Shown piece after piece: positions 25,682 to 39,233 of a stretch of 64,000 bases of DNA. Location: NCBI GenBank assembly GCA_010093815.1, contig ML996568.1. The stretch is one strand, 5' to 3'. The notes below the pieces were generated by a model. The model had not been told where the DNA came from. It made no database searches and saw only the letters and a list, made by a program, of their open reading frames with translations. The first letter of the stretch is position 1, and every line of letters begins with the position of its first letter. The stretch is from Pseudovirgaria hyperparasitica. Its lineage: Eukaryota. Made by a program: the position numbers and the translations under genes.

Positions 25682-27380
25682 ATGTCTGCACAGGTCCTCG
25701 CCACTGTTAGTGATCTTATCGTCTCCCATCCCTACCTCACTGCCCTCCTTGCCCTCCTCACCTACATCATAGTCCAGCACACGCGCTCTTACCTCTCTTT
25801 GTCGCATATTCCTGGCCCACCACTTGCGCACCACACTACCCTCCCTCTCATCCGTGCCTGCCTCTCCGGCCACACTGCGTCCTACCTCTCCACCATCACC
25901 GCCCAATATGGCCCTCTTGCACGTATCGGCCCCGATCACCTCCTCACCTCCGACCCCGCAACCATCCAGCGCATGAGTGGGGCAAGAAGTCCCTATCGCA
26001 AGAGCTACTGGTACGGCGCAATGAAGTTCAAGCCACGTAGTGAGAATTTGCTGTCAGAGAGGGACGAGGCGAGGCATGAGGCGCTGCGGCGAAAGATGGC
26101 GGGGGCGTATAGTGGCCGAGAGGTGGGCGTGGAGGGAGTTGTGGACGAGCGCGTGGAAGAGATGGTAAGCCTGATCGAGAAGAAGTATGCGATCAGCAAA
26201 GAGACGAGTGGTCCCAGCGCAGAGCGAAACTATCTCAACGTTGCCTTGATCACGCAATACTTCACTGTCGATGTAATCTCGCATCTCGCATATGGCGTTC
26301 CCTGGGGCGACGTCGCTAGCGAAACTGACAAGTACGGATATATCGAGGCGAGCGAGACGAATATGCCGACTATTACCGCGATGGCACTCCTTCCTCGCTT
26401 ACTGGCGTTCTTTGAGAAAAGTTATATTTTGGACTGGCTAAGTCCGGCGACACAGGAGAGTGTTGGGTTGGGGATGATAGTTAATGCGACAGGCCCGATC
26501 ATCCGTGCGCGATTAGCTATGGGGAAGGAACACCAGGAGAAAGATATGTTGGGAGCATTTATTCGGAGTGGGTTGGGAAGAGAAGAGCTGGAAAGTGAAT
26601 CTACGCTACAGGTGTAAGTGGTCGTTGTTTACTGTTCATTATGGGTAAAGGCTTACCTAGGTTAGACTTGCGGGCTCGGACACGACTGCGACAACGATAC
26701 GGGTTGGACTGTTGTATATCTGCTCTAATGCATCCGTGTTACGAAAACTACGTGCGGAATTCGACAGTGCTGAGATTTCGAGCCCGATTACTGATGCCGA
26801 GGCCCGCAAACTTCCATATCTGCAAGCAGTCATCAAGGAGTCGATACGAATTGTGCCACCTGTGACGGGCATGTTCTCGAAGGAAGTACCCCCAGAAGGG
26901 GACATCATATGCGGGAAGAAAGTTCCAGGAGGGACGCTAATATCGTGAGTAGAAAAATGCCTAGTCACGTTGGGCCAGACCTCTCAGATGAGCTGACAGT
27001 CATTGCAGTCAATGCTCACTTGCAATTCAACGCCACGAAGTTTTCGGAACCGACCCTGAGAGCTTCATTCCGGAGCGCTGGATAGGTATATCGCCGGAAC
27101 AACACCATGAGATGTCTCAGACTGTAGATCTCGTTTTCGGCTATGGCAAGTATCAATGCCTTGGAAGACCAGTAGCGCTACTCGAGCTGAACAAAGTGTT
27201 TGTTGAGGTATGTGCGACTGATTTGAACTTGATGTGCGAGTACTGATGGCGTTGCAGTTGTTGAGGAGGTTCGACTTTACAGTGCGCGATCCGCAAAATC
27301 CGTGGGATGCTAATAACGCTGGGCTGTGGTCTCATCGTAATTTCCTTGTGAGCGTGTCGCAGAGACAGGACGTCCAATGA
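25682..27380 (+). CDS. Cytochrome P450 (pisatin demethylase-like group)
   Basis: Introns 26614-26665, 26945-27008 and 27208-27257. N-terminal TM anchor followed by IPGP, AGSDTT, KESIR (ExxR), PERW and heme motif FGYGKYQCLG. Confidence 0.93.
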
Positions 27381-29977
27381 AGGCTTTCGACAGAGAGGCC
27401 CTTCGTGGAAATGGAACGGAACTTGGTTCTACAGAAGTTGCTATACCGACGGTTTTGCTGCAGCTGGTCCGAATTTCTTTTACAAATAGTGTCAACATAT
27501 GACAGGCCAGGCACGTATGTACCCAGACACTGGAGCGCTGTCCAGAAGGCTGTATGCGACAAAGATGCTGTATGCTGCAATCTGGTATACTGCGGGCTGC
27601 GATGAATATTCTTGTCGCTACGATGTAATCACAATAGACAGACAGATTCAGCTGCAAATGGTCAGTAAGCACGGTGCGGGCCTTAAGGAGATGCTTTGTG
27701 GGATGTGGTAGCAGCAAACTGCCACCTTTCAGTCAAGAGACGACACTGTCTTCTCTATGTTGCTACGTCGGTTTCACTATTCGCCGGATCTTGTCCGGTT
27801 GTTAAACTCGGATCTTTCATCTAAGAATTACGCTTAAGCGCCACCCCTCAATTCGAGAAAGCAGATATTCCAATAAGACCCTGTATTACAAGGATATGGC
27901 TTGTGACTGACATCACAGCTGCAGTCTTCGGTTTTGCCGTTGAAAGAGCGGTATCAGTAAATCCATTATCGAGAACAGGCCATCTGTTACATTTCCTTGA
28001 ACATAGCATTTCAAACACGTGGAGATGGCTACGCTATATGATCAAGTAGACTTGTAGTCTGATGAGCCATAAGCCAACAAAATCTTATCGTGGATTGGCA
28101 TTCAAAGATCCCGGCGCCCCTGTGCGCTTAAATTCGGGCCTTTCTGTAAGGCTCCTAGTAGGCATATTGCCCTGGACAGGGATGTATTTGTTGCTTCGCC
28201 CAGAGGCTCAGAGCCTAGAGGACGGGACGGAAGCTCTAAGCGCTGTAGAGCCATGACTCCGACGGAAGCACAAGTCGATATAATACTTTCGAAACGAGCT
28301 GAATTGGGAGTTGTCACGTAAGATTGAGGAACATTCAGACTTGAAATATCGATTCATTCTGAACGACACCGTGACGGTAGAACTCAGCTGATGGCACAAT
28401 ATTGATTGTAATTAACAGCATTCGGCCCTAACCTAGCTCATATGCGACTTAATCTCGCCGCTAGACCGGCATCTCACCACTTCTCTCCCAAGCATGATTT
28501 AATGCACAAGTCATAAAGAATAACGAACCCTGCATCTGGCCCCAAAGACATAGCTCATATCGAGGAAGGTCCTCAGAGTTTCCTCACAAACAGAGTCTTT
28601 CCAGAGACGACATGTGTTCGATTTTTTTTCTCCAAGCGTAAGCTTGTTTACTTAGCCGCGGTAGTTATGGCGCTAGCGAGTTCGAGCGATTTGCACGACG
28701 TGAACAAGCGCGTGACGCCGTGTCGTGTATTGTAATTGGCGGACACGAAACAGCGTCTCAACAGTTCTTGCTTACGCCGCTGATACACCAGTTGAACCTC
28801 ACTGGGCTGTACGGCATCTGCTCGGCCGACATATCTTCAATCGGCCTTGGTAGGGCTGACAACGATTCTTATCCTTGCGTGAGAACGGCCGGCGGACAAG
28901 AGGCGAGGTTGCTTGGTCTTCCTGCTGGGGGCAACATCTGGTCCACAAAAAATAACGATACTAGATTGTTACCATTGGTCTAGTATGCGTTTCGCGTCGG
29001 CGCGATACAAAGATATTGCTCCTCTCTAGGCACCAGCAGACCACTGGCAACAATGCACGTTCTGTCCGTCGAGCGGGAGGCACAGTAGTCAACGACAGTG
29101 TACCGGCATGGGAAAGCATTGCAAATGACCAATGACGAGACCTGACCGGTCAGTCCTCGAAGCTTGGCGGCCCGAAAATCAGAGAGCAGTCTGCTGCAGT
29201 TCAGACTCTTGACACGACGAGGGGAGACGACTGGACAGTGGCCCACCACGCGTCAATATACTGTCTACACAGTACATAGTCACAGATAGTAAACAGCAGT
29301 CAGTAATCACTACGGACGCATGTATCCCACGGATCTGGTTCCGCCTCCAATAGCGGCCTTCATATCATGTTAAGTATACCATTCGCGTTCACTTGATGAG
29401 AAATAATGTTCGCTAATTGACAAAATTCTCTCGAAGCTAGCGCTGAAGACTATTCCACTCTTGAAATCGCGGCTCTTGTATTTCTGCACAACTCACAATC
29501 TGAAGGCAGCCTTGCGCTTGTGGGGCACCAGCTCCGTGCCTCATTGGCTTGTTGGTGTGTTTTGAAACGGGGGCGGCCAACACGGCGTTAAATTGCGGCA
29601 CAGCAAACATCCTCGACTCGCACAGGTTTGGGGCCATTTCTTCGGTCAAGTATTGGTAGCTAATTAACCTCCCTAGCACGCTGGCAGTTGTAGACCACTT
29701 TACCGGGTCACCTTCACACCACCTCTCTTGCAGTGCAAGGCGTCCTTGATGCCTCTCCTCGCCATATCAGGTCACTAATTATGATTTAGCGTTTCTGTAC
29801 TATGCACATCATTCCCCTTTCGTCTCTTTTCGGGAGCTCGTTTGTCGTACGGCGCAGCTTGTCTTCCTTCTCTCATATATTTCTCACGTTCCTTACACAC
29901 TCTCTTCAATTGATAGCCAGGACCGGACGCCTTCATACGCAAGATCATATTCTTCGTGAAACAGAGACAGAGAGTGT

Positions 29978-30637
29978 GTGTCAGAGCCTTTCAAACCCTC
30001 GGAAGTTGCCAATCGTCAGAAATCATCTCAGACGAAGATCATGCCTGTACCACAAAGCAGAGTCCGAAGGACTCACTCGGAGAGCAGCTTCTCACACCCA
30101 AGCTCACGGTCCGAACGAAGCTCACACTCACCCGTCCCGGCATCCCCAGATTCCCTCCCAATGTCTCCATCCTCAGTCCTCAGCGGCAGCACCGCATACA
30201 CCACCAGCAGTCGCTACCAGCCCCTCACACCCCACGGCATGCCCAAGTCCCCGAAACTCAACACAAAGGGCCTGAGTCCTACCAGCCACCGCTTCGACCC
30301 CGAGCCGCGATCCCCAGCTACGACGGCGTACACACAGCCGTCCTTTGTGTCGGAATTGCACATCTCCCCCGTCTCCCCTGAGCGCACCATCCTGCCTCGT
30401 CTCACGTATATGCCCAAACGCTCCGGTGCCCCCCGGAGTCGGAGCGAGTCCCGCTCCCCGCATCGAGCGAGGCACGAGACCGCGTCCTGTGCGACGTGTA
30501 ATAGCTCGCTCTTCAAGCGTATCAGCGACAAGGTGCGTCGGATCAAGCTGCAGCGCGTGCCGAAGAAGAAGTCACCGAAGCCAGAGAGGCATTTCGAGGT
30601 TGAGCGCGTGCAGGATTTGCATTGGTCTGAACTATGA
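29978..30637 (+). CDS. Hypothetical Ser/Pro-rich, probably disordered protein
   Basis: 219-codon ORF with C-ending codon bias and C-terminus FEVERVQDLHWSEL. The start codon is uncertain. Confidence 0.6.
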   Translation: MSEPFKPSEVANRQKSSQTKIMPVPQSRVRRTHSESSFSHPSSRSERSSHSPVPASPDSLPMSPSSVLSGSTAYTTSSRYQPLTPHGMPKSPKLNTKGLSPTSHRFDPEPRSPATTAYTQPSFVSELHISPVSPERTILPRLTYMPKRSGAPRSRSESRSPHRARHETASCATCNSSLFKRISDKVRRIKLQRVPKKKSPKPERHFEVERVQDLHWSEL

Positions 30638-31464
30638 GTCTGTCTGGAGCTTCAACGCACGACGTATGCTACGAACTTTCTTTTGTTACTGAAGATTGAA
30701 ACGAACTTATGAAGGATTTGCTCAACGGTATACGAGCTTGGGCGGCGGGTTCACTTGATTATCACAAACTTGCGGATACCCCATATCTCCTTTGTCGATG
30801 ATACTGAATTGGTATTCGCGTCTCAGGTGTTGGGTGGTACAGTCTTTGCGTTTGAAGCGTGGCGTTATCATGATATTGGGAGGCCTTCTGTTATACTCTG
30901 ATCACTTGCGTTACCCCAAAAACATCTCTTCAAGACCTACACATTTATCGATATCACAACTTGTCGAATCTACAAAATCGTACCTTTTCAGGTCGTCATT
31001 GTGTCATCAGTAGATTTCTCACCGCTTAATCTGCTCCCCAGCTTCCTACGTGGCGATGGCAAGGGCGTGTTCTGTTACTGCACCATACGAACTTGCGTCC
31101 TTTAGCCCACACTTCTTAAAGCCCAGACTCTGCGAAACTATCATCCTATTGATTCATCCTCTGCCAATTGATATTTCCGGCGCGCGTCGAAGCTGAAACC
31201 ATTCTAGGCTGGAGTTCTAATAATTCGCATCGAATCCGCCTCGCCTGACCCCAGATCGGGGCTTGGATTTGAACCACGTTCTGTATACCGGCCAGCCGAG
31301 TCAGTCTAAGTAGCAGTGCCTCTGCGCCTCAAGTGAGTGCGCCACAGCGCCACACCAACGCGCACGATGATATCTGATCGAATGGCTGACAGGACCGTGA
31401 ACTGTTTCCACACAATAGAAGTATTCGAAATCCCATCTCAACCACAGGCGGCACTATCTTCTCG

Positions 31465-31725
31465 AAAAAAAAAGCCAAACCCACTATCGCGGAGGAGATT
31501 CTATTTCGGTCTCACCGACAACAACAAGAGAAATCCTCGTTCGAGGCAGGTTGGGGGAGTGGGATGCATGTTTCCTGGTGTTGTCGTGTCGCGCGCGCTT
31601 AGACTGCCGAATGGCGGTGGGCTAGGCAGTAACCTCGGCTCTAAGGAGCGGCCCGGGATATCTCCCCGGCTAGGATGCTTGGCGCAACTGTGAAAATAAC
31701 CGGGTAGCGAAACATTGGGTGCAAA
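31465..31725 (-). ncRNA. Candidate structured ncRNA of unknown family
   Basis: The ends can pair (31707-31720 with 31479-31490), there are at least five internal hairpins, and a T9 run (31465-31473) follows on the minus strand. Confidence 0.35.
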
Positions 31726-32006
31726 TAGACGCGTAGGGCTGAAAGACAGAGATTGACATGCGCGATTTATGTAATCTCTGCACCAATGTGCAGAACGTTG
31801 ATTGGGATTTTGCATGGCACATACCGACCTATTCCCTATCACGAAAACCTGCCATCAACGCCCGCTTTCATTCTTTGACATGAGTACTCCTGCAGTTGAT
31901 CAAATAGCCTCTTATGGTGCGCCACCGATAGATGTCTCCACCAACGCCAACTCCTTATATTGCAATATACTCACACAGATAGATCTTGCTTCCAACGGTA
32001 TAAGCT

Positions 32007-33874
32007 TCAATCATAGTGCATAAACAGCTGACTGATGCTTTCACCATGGTGGTTCCTTCGAATGGCTTCGGCGAGCAGGTTGTCAACAGGTAGTATGATC
32101 AACTTGTTCGACTGTGTCATCATCTCGTTGATCGGAAATGAGTTCGTGATGATGACTCGCTCAATGCATGCGCACTGTTGAAATTGCTCCAGACACTCGG
32201 CTCCAAACACCCCGTGTGTTGCCATGCAGTATACTTTCGTTGCGCCTCCTCGTTTTACGACTGTCTCTGCTGCTGCAATCCATGACGCTGCTTTGTCGAT
32301 GATATCGTCTACGATGAACACTGGTCTGTCTTTAACATTACCGACCAGGGTTACGTGGGTCTCTAGTTCCGGATTGTTGAGATTATCATCTTCGTCTTCA
32401 GACGAGTCTTGTGCGTCGTATGATCCGCCAAGAGGGTCACCCCTATTTGCATGCGCTGAAGATGCTGTAGATATGAATGACTGCGCCATGTGTTCTCCCC
32501 CGGCAGCACTCTCATCATCTGAAGGCGGCCCGCCGGTGGTCGTACCTGTGCCAGCGCGGTACCGTGAAGAGATGACGCTGCCGGACACAGCGGACATGGA
32601 CGGCGACGGAATAATATCATCTACGACGTGTCCGTGAACTAGTCGCCCGTGAACGACGTGGCGTGCGCGCTGGCTTGTTAGCGAAGTTACACAACCAAAT
32701 GGATGGACATAGTCACCTCATCTGTGTACTCTGGCTCCTTATCTGCGTCCTCGGCCTCATCATCTCCGTCCACTGAGGTACTTGCCGGTGAATCGTTCTC
32801 TTGCCCGTCCTGCCGGTGTGGTGACGGAGGGGCGTGATCTGTAGATTCCTGCTTGATAGTAGTATTTGTGAGGCTCTTCTCTAAAGATGAACCGTTGACC
32901 CGTCTCTGTGCGTGAGTAATTGTGTGAGGCCTCAACGCGCGCTTGTTCGCCAGTGCAGATGTTTCCACAACACTTTCCGGTATGGGCTCCAGAGGTGGTG
33001 TGGTGTGTGGGCTTGCTTGCGAACGCTGGTCACTGAGGTTGAGGCCTGGAGGCTCGCTCATCTTATCGACGCGCAAGCCGTCTAGTACCATGCTGTCGCC
33101 AATACCGAATGTTCCTTGCCTGTGGGGCTTCGCTTGCTCCGCGGTGATGATACCAAAGCTAAGCTTCAAAGCATCTGCTAACGAAGTCACACGTTTTGTC
33201 CCCCCAGGGTTCTTGCTGACAACTACTGCTTTTCTCCAGTCTGGTATATTGACCTTTATCCAACGCGCTAGTAACGGCTCTGCAATGAGGTTGTCGACCG
33301 GACATTTGAAGAAACCCTGCATCTGGCTGGCATGAAGGTCGATTGTGATAACATGATTTACACCGGCAACACCAAGGAGGTCTGCGACGAGCTTTGCTGT
33401 GATTGCGCCGCGATGAGACTTCTTCTTCGATTGCCGCGCGTATGGAAAGTAGGGCATAACAGCTGTAACCATTAGCGTCGCCCTATGTTATGCTTAGAGA
33501 AGTAGAAATCATACCTGTTATGCTCCTCGCCGAGCCGCCTTTGCAAGCTGAGATCATAATAAGGAGTTCGATAACCGCATCATTGATACTGTGACCAAGT
33601 CAGCCAGACCCTCGCTATTGTGAGCACACGTCATACTTGCTGCACCCGCTCTGTACAATGAAAACATCTTGGTCCCTAATCGAGGTCTCTAGATAATGAT
33701 AAGACTACGTCGAGTACAATTGAACATGCGGCGTGACTCACGAATTTGCACACTGGTCTCGCCGTTGCTGAACTTTCCCAGCTGAGCGGATCCAGGCTTC
33801 TGCCCCAGACGATCGCAGATACCCTCCACGAGCCTCGGATGAGAAGTGCCGGAGAAGATTTGCACCTGACGCAT
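32007..33874 (-). CDS. PRS1: Ribose-phosphate pyrophosphokinase, Prs1 type with long non-homologous insertion
   Basis: Motifs KFSNGETSVQI, PYFPYARQ, HRGAITA, DLHASQMQGFF, KNPGGTKRVTSLAD, VDDIIDK, ATHGVF and AEAIRRNHHGESIS. Several short introns. Confidence 0.93.
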
Positions 33875-36800
33875 CTTTGGACGGGTTGAACCGATAGACT
33901 CGGGGGAGCGTGGTTTGGAGGAGGGAGGAGTGAGATCTCACTCGGAACAATTTACAAAAGGTTGAGTTGCGCTCTAGACAGCTCCCGACTTTTTGCTGCA
34001 ACCGGTCTTGTCGTTAGTGGGGGCTTGCAGCGCTGGAGTTAGCACGCCTAATCCTTGCGCAAGGACCAACAAGCAGGTGCGCCACATGTTACCTTTCACC
34101 CAGATAATTAACTGAGGGAACTTGTCAAGCCTTTAACGTGTCGAACATCTCCGTCACTTGAAGTAATACCGCTCGTCCTATGCGACTACAGCCCATAACA
34201 CCCAGGAGACACGCCTATATACCCCCGCGTGATCGCAAACCCTACTTAGTAAAGTGGTAGCACTAAATCGAGTGGCTCGGCCGGTCATGGATTCTAAGTT
34301 CTCCCAAGTTTTCACATTTAATAAGCAAGACTTCCATCAGGTATCATGGCTGTAGAAGTAGTGCTGCAGTCTCCGCGCAATTCGAGTCAAGACTGTCATT
34401 ATCACATAATCAGCTTCATCGGCATCATCGCTCTGCCAACTAGGATCCTGGCGCGCGATCGACAACTAGAGATGACATAGAAGCCCACAGAACAACAGGA
34501 ACATCATCATTGGACCTAATATCTCCTAGAGCGTTTCGCCAAACGCTCTGAGACTTGATGCAATCCCATGAGCGTTATCCAATAAGTTTTAGTATATGCT
34601 ACTGAATTTCGTGATCTAGTACTGGCACACCTTGACACTAAAGGAGCCACATCAAATGAACAACCTTCCCTATCGATGAACCTATAATGAATGCAATTCT
34701 GGTATTATAATGTCTAGTTGGGACCAGCAAGAGTAAATCTGCGATATATTTTGCGAATACAGCTTCAAGACTTGATTCGTTCTTGGCTGTACCAACATAT
34801 CGTTTGTAAGGTCAAGAAGCATTCGAGACTTCAAATATGATAGATATACTTGCTCCCAGGCTTGCCACGGGGCCTGGAGGAAGTGGAGTGCATATAAGCC
34901 CATCTCTCCCTGTTAGAACAAATTTCTTTCATTGAGTGCATATCGCCCTATTGAGAAACGTAGACACAACTCCTGGTGGGACGAGCAACTGGAACAGCGA
35001 ATAGCATTATAACGTGATGGTAAGGTTTGAGAGTGGTTCGGATCGATGACCTTAGATCAAAAAGTAACCACCCTGTACCGTTTTTGCATTGCAAACCGCT
35101 GGCGGGCTTAGACTATGAGTCTCACGGTAGGCCCATCACAGTCCCGGATCGATACTGGGTTGAAGTGCAACCACTCTTATCAAAAATAGAGCCAAAGCTC
35201 GACTCATAATGTCCTTATATATGAACATTATTTATTACCCCAGCATATAGCTCAACAACCGTCTGTTTACTCTCTTGTGACCGTGGAACGTTATCTCGAT
35301 GCAGACAAGATCTAATGACGATTATAACGCGAGATGGTATCACAAATGGTAGTATTTTGGCCCTGATATGAATAAATCGAGAGTTCTATAAGCCTAGTCA
35401 TTGTGAGACTTTGGGCACAAGTGACGGGCGGTATAACTAGTAGTGACAGAGCATACGAGAGGGGTTGGAAGAGCATTTCAGGGAGCACGGGGTCGAAAGG
35501 CCATGTCAGTCCAGCGATAAAAATTCGGAAAAGCTGATCCGACATGTTGGCACGCGATCTATTCTTACATGACCAAGCTTCGGCATTGAAAAGCCATGCA
35601 ACTAAGGTACCAGCCACATCTAGTACCTCCGAAAGGATGCCTCATTGAGCCTAGCACCAAGGGACCAACCCCCGGACTTCCAAGGTTAATTTCAACCACC
35701 TCTCTCGATCATGCTTGCCACAACAATGATTATTCCAACCTTCTAGTCGCAAATACGAGATAGCTCTTATCAGGCAGATTTTCAATCATCGGCAAGCTCG
35801 TTTTGCGACTCAAAGGCTCTATCATGCAACCTGGAAGGTCGGGGTGTGCCCAATCAGGAAGGTTGTATTCAGATGTTGTGTTTCACACCGAGATTCTGTT
35901 CTGCACGTGGCACTTACCAAACGGCAACAGAAGCTACTTTTAGGCTTATAGCGATTGTATCTGCTATCACTACTATCTCTATATCTAGCAGTCAATCACG
36001 GCCGGCATGGAAAAGCGACACAGCGTACGTGGAAATGCGATGGAACCTAGCATCCATTCAAGGATATCCTACTTTGTCGTACCTCAAAACTCATGGACTC
36101 TCAACTTACTCCAATATATCTGACCTTATCATAACAGCCTTGATGTTCATGTTGCAGTCGTAGACTACATGCTAGAGACGGGCGCAACGTCACCGGCGCA
36201 TCAAATGTGGAAGGGGCTTGCGGTCAGAGATAGCATATGGACACGCGACTCAATTATCACTGTAGGTTCAGCAGAGAGTTTCAAGGATAATTAAGCTCCT
36301 ATGGAGTACAGACGTGTACCTGACAACGAAGCGAAGCCACATCCGCCCATGCGGAAAAAATCTCCAGCCACTTTGGTTTACCTGTGTTTTCCCTCCCCAA
36401 ATCCAAGCCACATTCGAGGAAATCATTTTCCAGCCAGCTTTAGCATCAGGGATATCTTGAGATGAGATCTGACTGCGTACTCCTCGATCTAGTCTGGTCA
36501 TCACCTGGCATGGCGAGCCCGGAGTAATATGTCCTGAAGGCTGGACCACCCCACGTTCAGTGTGGCTGCCATCAGTTGAACGTAAGATCGGCGTGGTCTC
36601 AGCTGTCTCAGTGCATGCTCCGATTAGAGCACCAAGAATATGCTACACTATGGTCGTACGTCAGCGTGGAGTTAACGGCGCATTGTTGTGTCTCGCCCGA
36701 ACGTATGGAGAGAACACCACTCGGATCGTGACATTTGGGTGGGTAGTGGATGCCACCTCATAGGGTTATATCCAACTCCGAACAAAATGAGAAATAGCTA

Positions 36801-36911
36801 TAAAGGAATTGCAGCCGGTAGGAAAATAGCTCACTTCGTCTTGCTTGCCAGGCACACTTCTTGAAAAGCTATTCATAGTAAGAGCCAGATAGTGTCTCAG
36901 TCCCTCACACC

Positions 36912-38132
36912 ATGCATACCTTGTCAATCGCCACCTATATAGCTTTTCTAGCAAGTACTACTTACGCAGGATTCAGTTCTGACTCCAAGAGCAATGTAGC
37001 TGTATACTGGGGTGCGTATGTTGTCATATGTGTTTCCGAACTGTCGCTAAATCTAGTTCTTGAAGGACAAAACTCTTATGGACAAAGTAGTGGCGATCTG
37101 GCGCAACAAAGATTGTCATACTACTGTGAAAGTACGTTCGGACCATTGGAATTTCCTGAGATGAGTAGTTGATAGTTTGCAGACACAGATTTTGATGTAA
37201 TCGTTATGTCCTTCCTGACTCGCATCAATGGTCAAGGTGGTCAACCGGAGCTCAACTTCGCCAACCAAGGTGATCTCTGCGAAGTCTTTTCTGGTACCAA
37301 TCTCCTGGACTGTGCCGAGCTCGCGTAGGTGTCATATCTGTAGGACGCTTCTGAATGCTAATCTATGTATGTAGTGCCGACATACCGACATGCCAATCTC
37401 AGGGCAAGACAATCTTACTATCTATAGGTGGCGCCACTTATACCGAAGGTGGCTTCCAGTCTGAATCTGCTGCTATAGAGGGAGCTCAGATGGTCTGGGA
37501 CATTTTCGGGCCCATGACCTCTACATCTGGGAACCGCCCGTTCGGGAATGCTTCAATTGATGGCTTCGACTTTGACTTTGAAGCTGGCGTTCAGAACATG
37601 GTTCCCTTCGCAAACAAGCTTCGTTCACTCATGGACACCGAAAGATCCAGGGAGTTCATTTTGACGGCGGCCCCGCAGTGTCCTTATCCCGACTCTGCGA
37701 TGAACGCCATGCTTGATGGTGCAGTTAGCTTCGATGCATTATTGATCCAATTCTACAACAACTATTGTGGTTTGCAATCGTACCAGGATGGCGCTGCCGA
37801 TCAATGTAAGTAGTGCGCGACTTCCAGCCCCTTGTCCAGGATACTTACACACTCTAGCCAGCTTCAACATGAAGCAATGGAACGATTGGGCGACGCAGAC
37901 ATCCAAAAACAAGGACGTGAAGATCCTGCTCGGTATGCCCGCCAATACAGGTGCGGCTGGCTCCGGTTATGTTACGATCGATAAGCTACGTCTGATTATT
38001 GGGTACTGCAAGCAGTTCTCCAACTTTGGCGGCGCCATGATGTGGGATATGACCCAAGCTTACGCCAACAAGGATTGGCTCCAGGATGTGAAGAGTGCCT
38101 TGACAAGCAACTATAGGAGGTTCTTTGCTTAG
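36912..38132 (+). CDS. Secreted GH18 class III (subgroup B) chitinase, catalytic domain only
   Basis: Signal peptide, VYWG|QNS, LSYYC, LLSIGGA, intact IDGFDFDFE (DxDxE), AAPQCPYPD, QFYNN and GGAMMWD. Four introns. Confidence 0.93.
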
Positions 38133-39233
38133 ATCATGTGGTATCATCCATGTTTATATATTCTGTTCATCTCTGTTCATTTCTGTTCATACTGGCTCTT
38201 TTGTATATTTGAGCTTTTTGTTTAGTTTCGGGGAGGGTTCGGCCAGCCCTTCCGGTACATAGGCCACTCTGACGAAGAACATATGATTGATGTATTACTG
38301 GCAAGACATGTGTGTTACATGTCCATACTCATGCTTATTTACAATGTGATCTCTCGTATCCTTCCATCTACCCTGTTGTATGACGGACTATGATATCGCA
38401 TATAAGTAGTTACGTAACTACGCAATTCGACTCATAACTTTCCGTCTTTTTGAATCTACAGGATTCCGAAGTAGATCGATATGGATTTACGAGGGAAACA
38501 TCTGCATTCATCGTACCATCATGCAAGAACACGCAATCATCGCTTTTTCCAAGCTTACGACCCGGTTTATGGCTACGTTACCCAAGTAAGTGAGATCTCT
38601 AGCGTCAACTCCACTTTGACCTTGAGAGGACTTTTTCCACTTGATGAATCTTGAGATTTGTAAGACCTTCGGGCGAAACACTCTGACTACTTCAACACTT
38701 CTTGTGCAACAATAGCAGAATCCTCGAGGTCGTCCGTCGAGCAAGCATCGAACACGCCTTACTTTCAGATAGAGTTGGTTGGGCATCAGATGATGTAGCA
38801 TCACAAAGTCTTTCGGACGTGCTCTCATGCGCGACGCAAGGCTGTGTTAACAGGGATACTGATCCTGCCAGGAAAAACGCACGAGGATATATGCACCGCC
38901 ACGGTTGGAATTTCTCTCTATAACTAATTGTGAGGCCGGATTCAACACCTGTTTGTGCGGCATTAATATCTCAAAGATGTCGCATCTTCTCTCGCAGGCA
39001 TGAACACCCCTGGCCGCCACCAATTTTCTCAGCTCGCATTCTCCCCGTTCATCGGCTGTGTAGCAACCCATGTTGACGTATAACCTGGTTTGTCTTCCTT
39101 CGTATCTTCAAGCCTCACTTTGCTGACCTGCTGCCTGGCTATCTAACGGAGGCCACGCGATGTCTCTTTATCTAGCTCAAAGCTTCGATGGCTGGCTTAG
39201 CAATCTCTACTTTTTGTCTAAAACTTCGTCGCG

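Noticed and set aside
16664..27380. MFS + P450 as a secondary-metabolite cluster
   Set aside because: There is no backbone enzyme (PKS, NRPS, terpene synthase) or cluster regulator, and housekeeping genes intervene.
28424..28436. CCCTAACC as a telomerase RNA template
   Set aside because: An 8-mer is expected by chance, and no pseudoknot or CR4/5 was identified nearby.
31525..31560. HDV-like ribozyme core (gaa-atcctcg-ttc)
   Set aside because: No P1, P1.1 or P2 pairing could be built in the required order.
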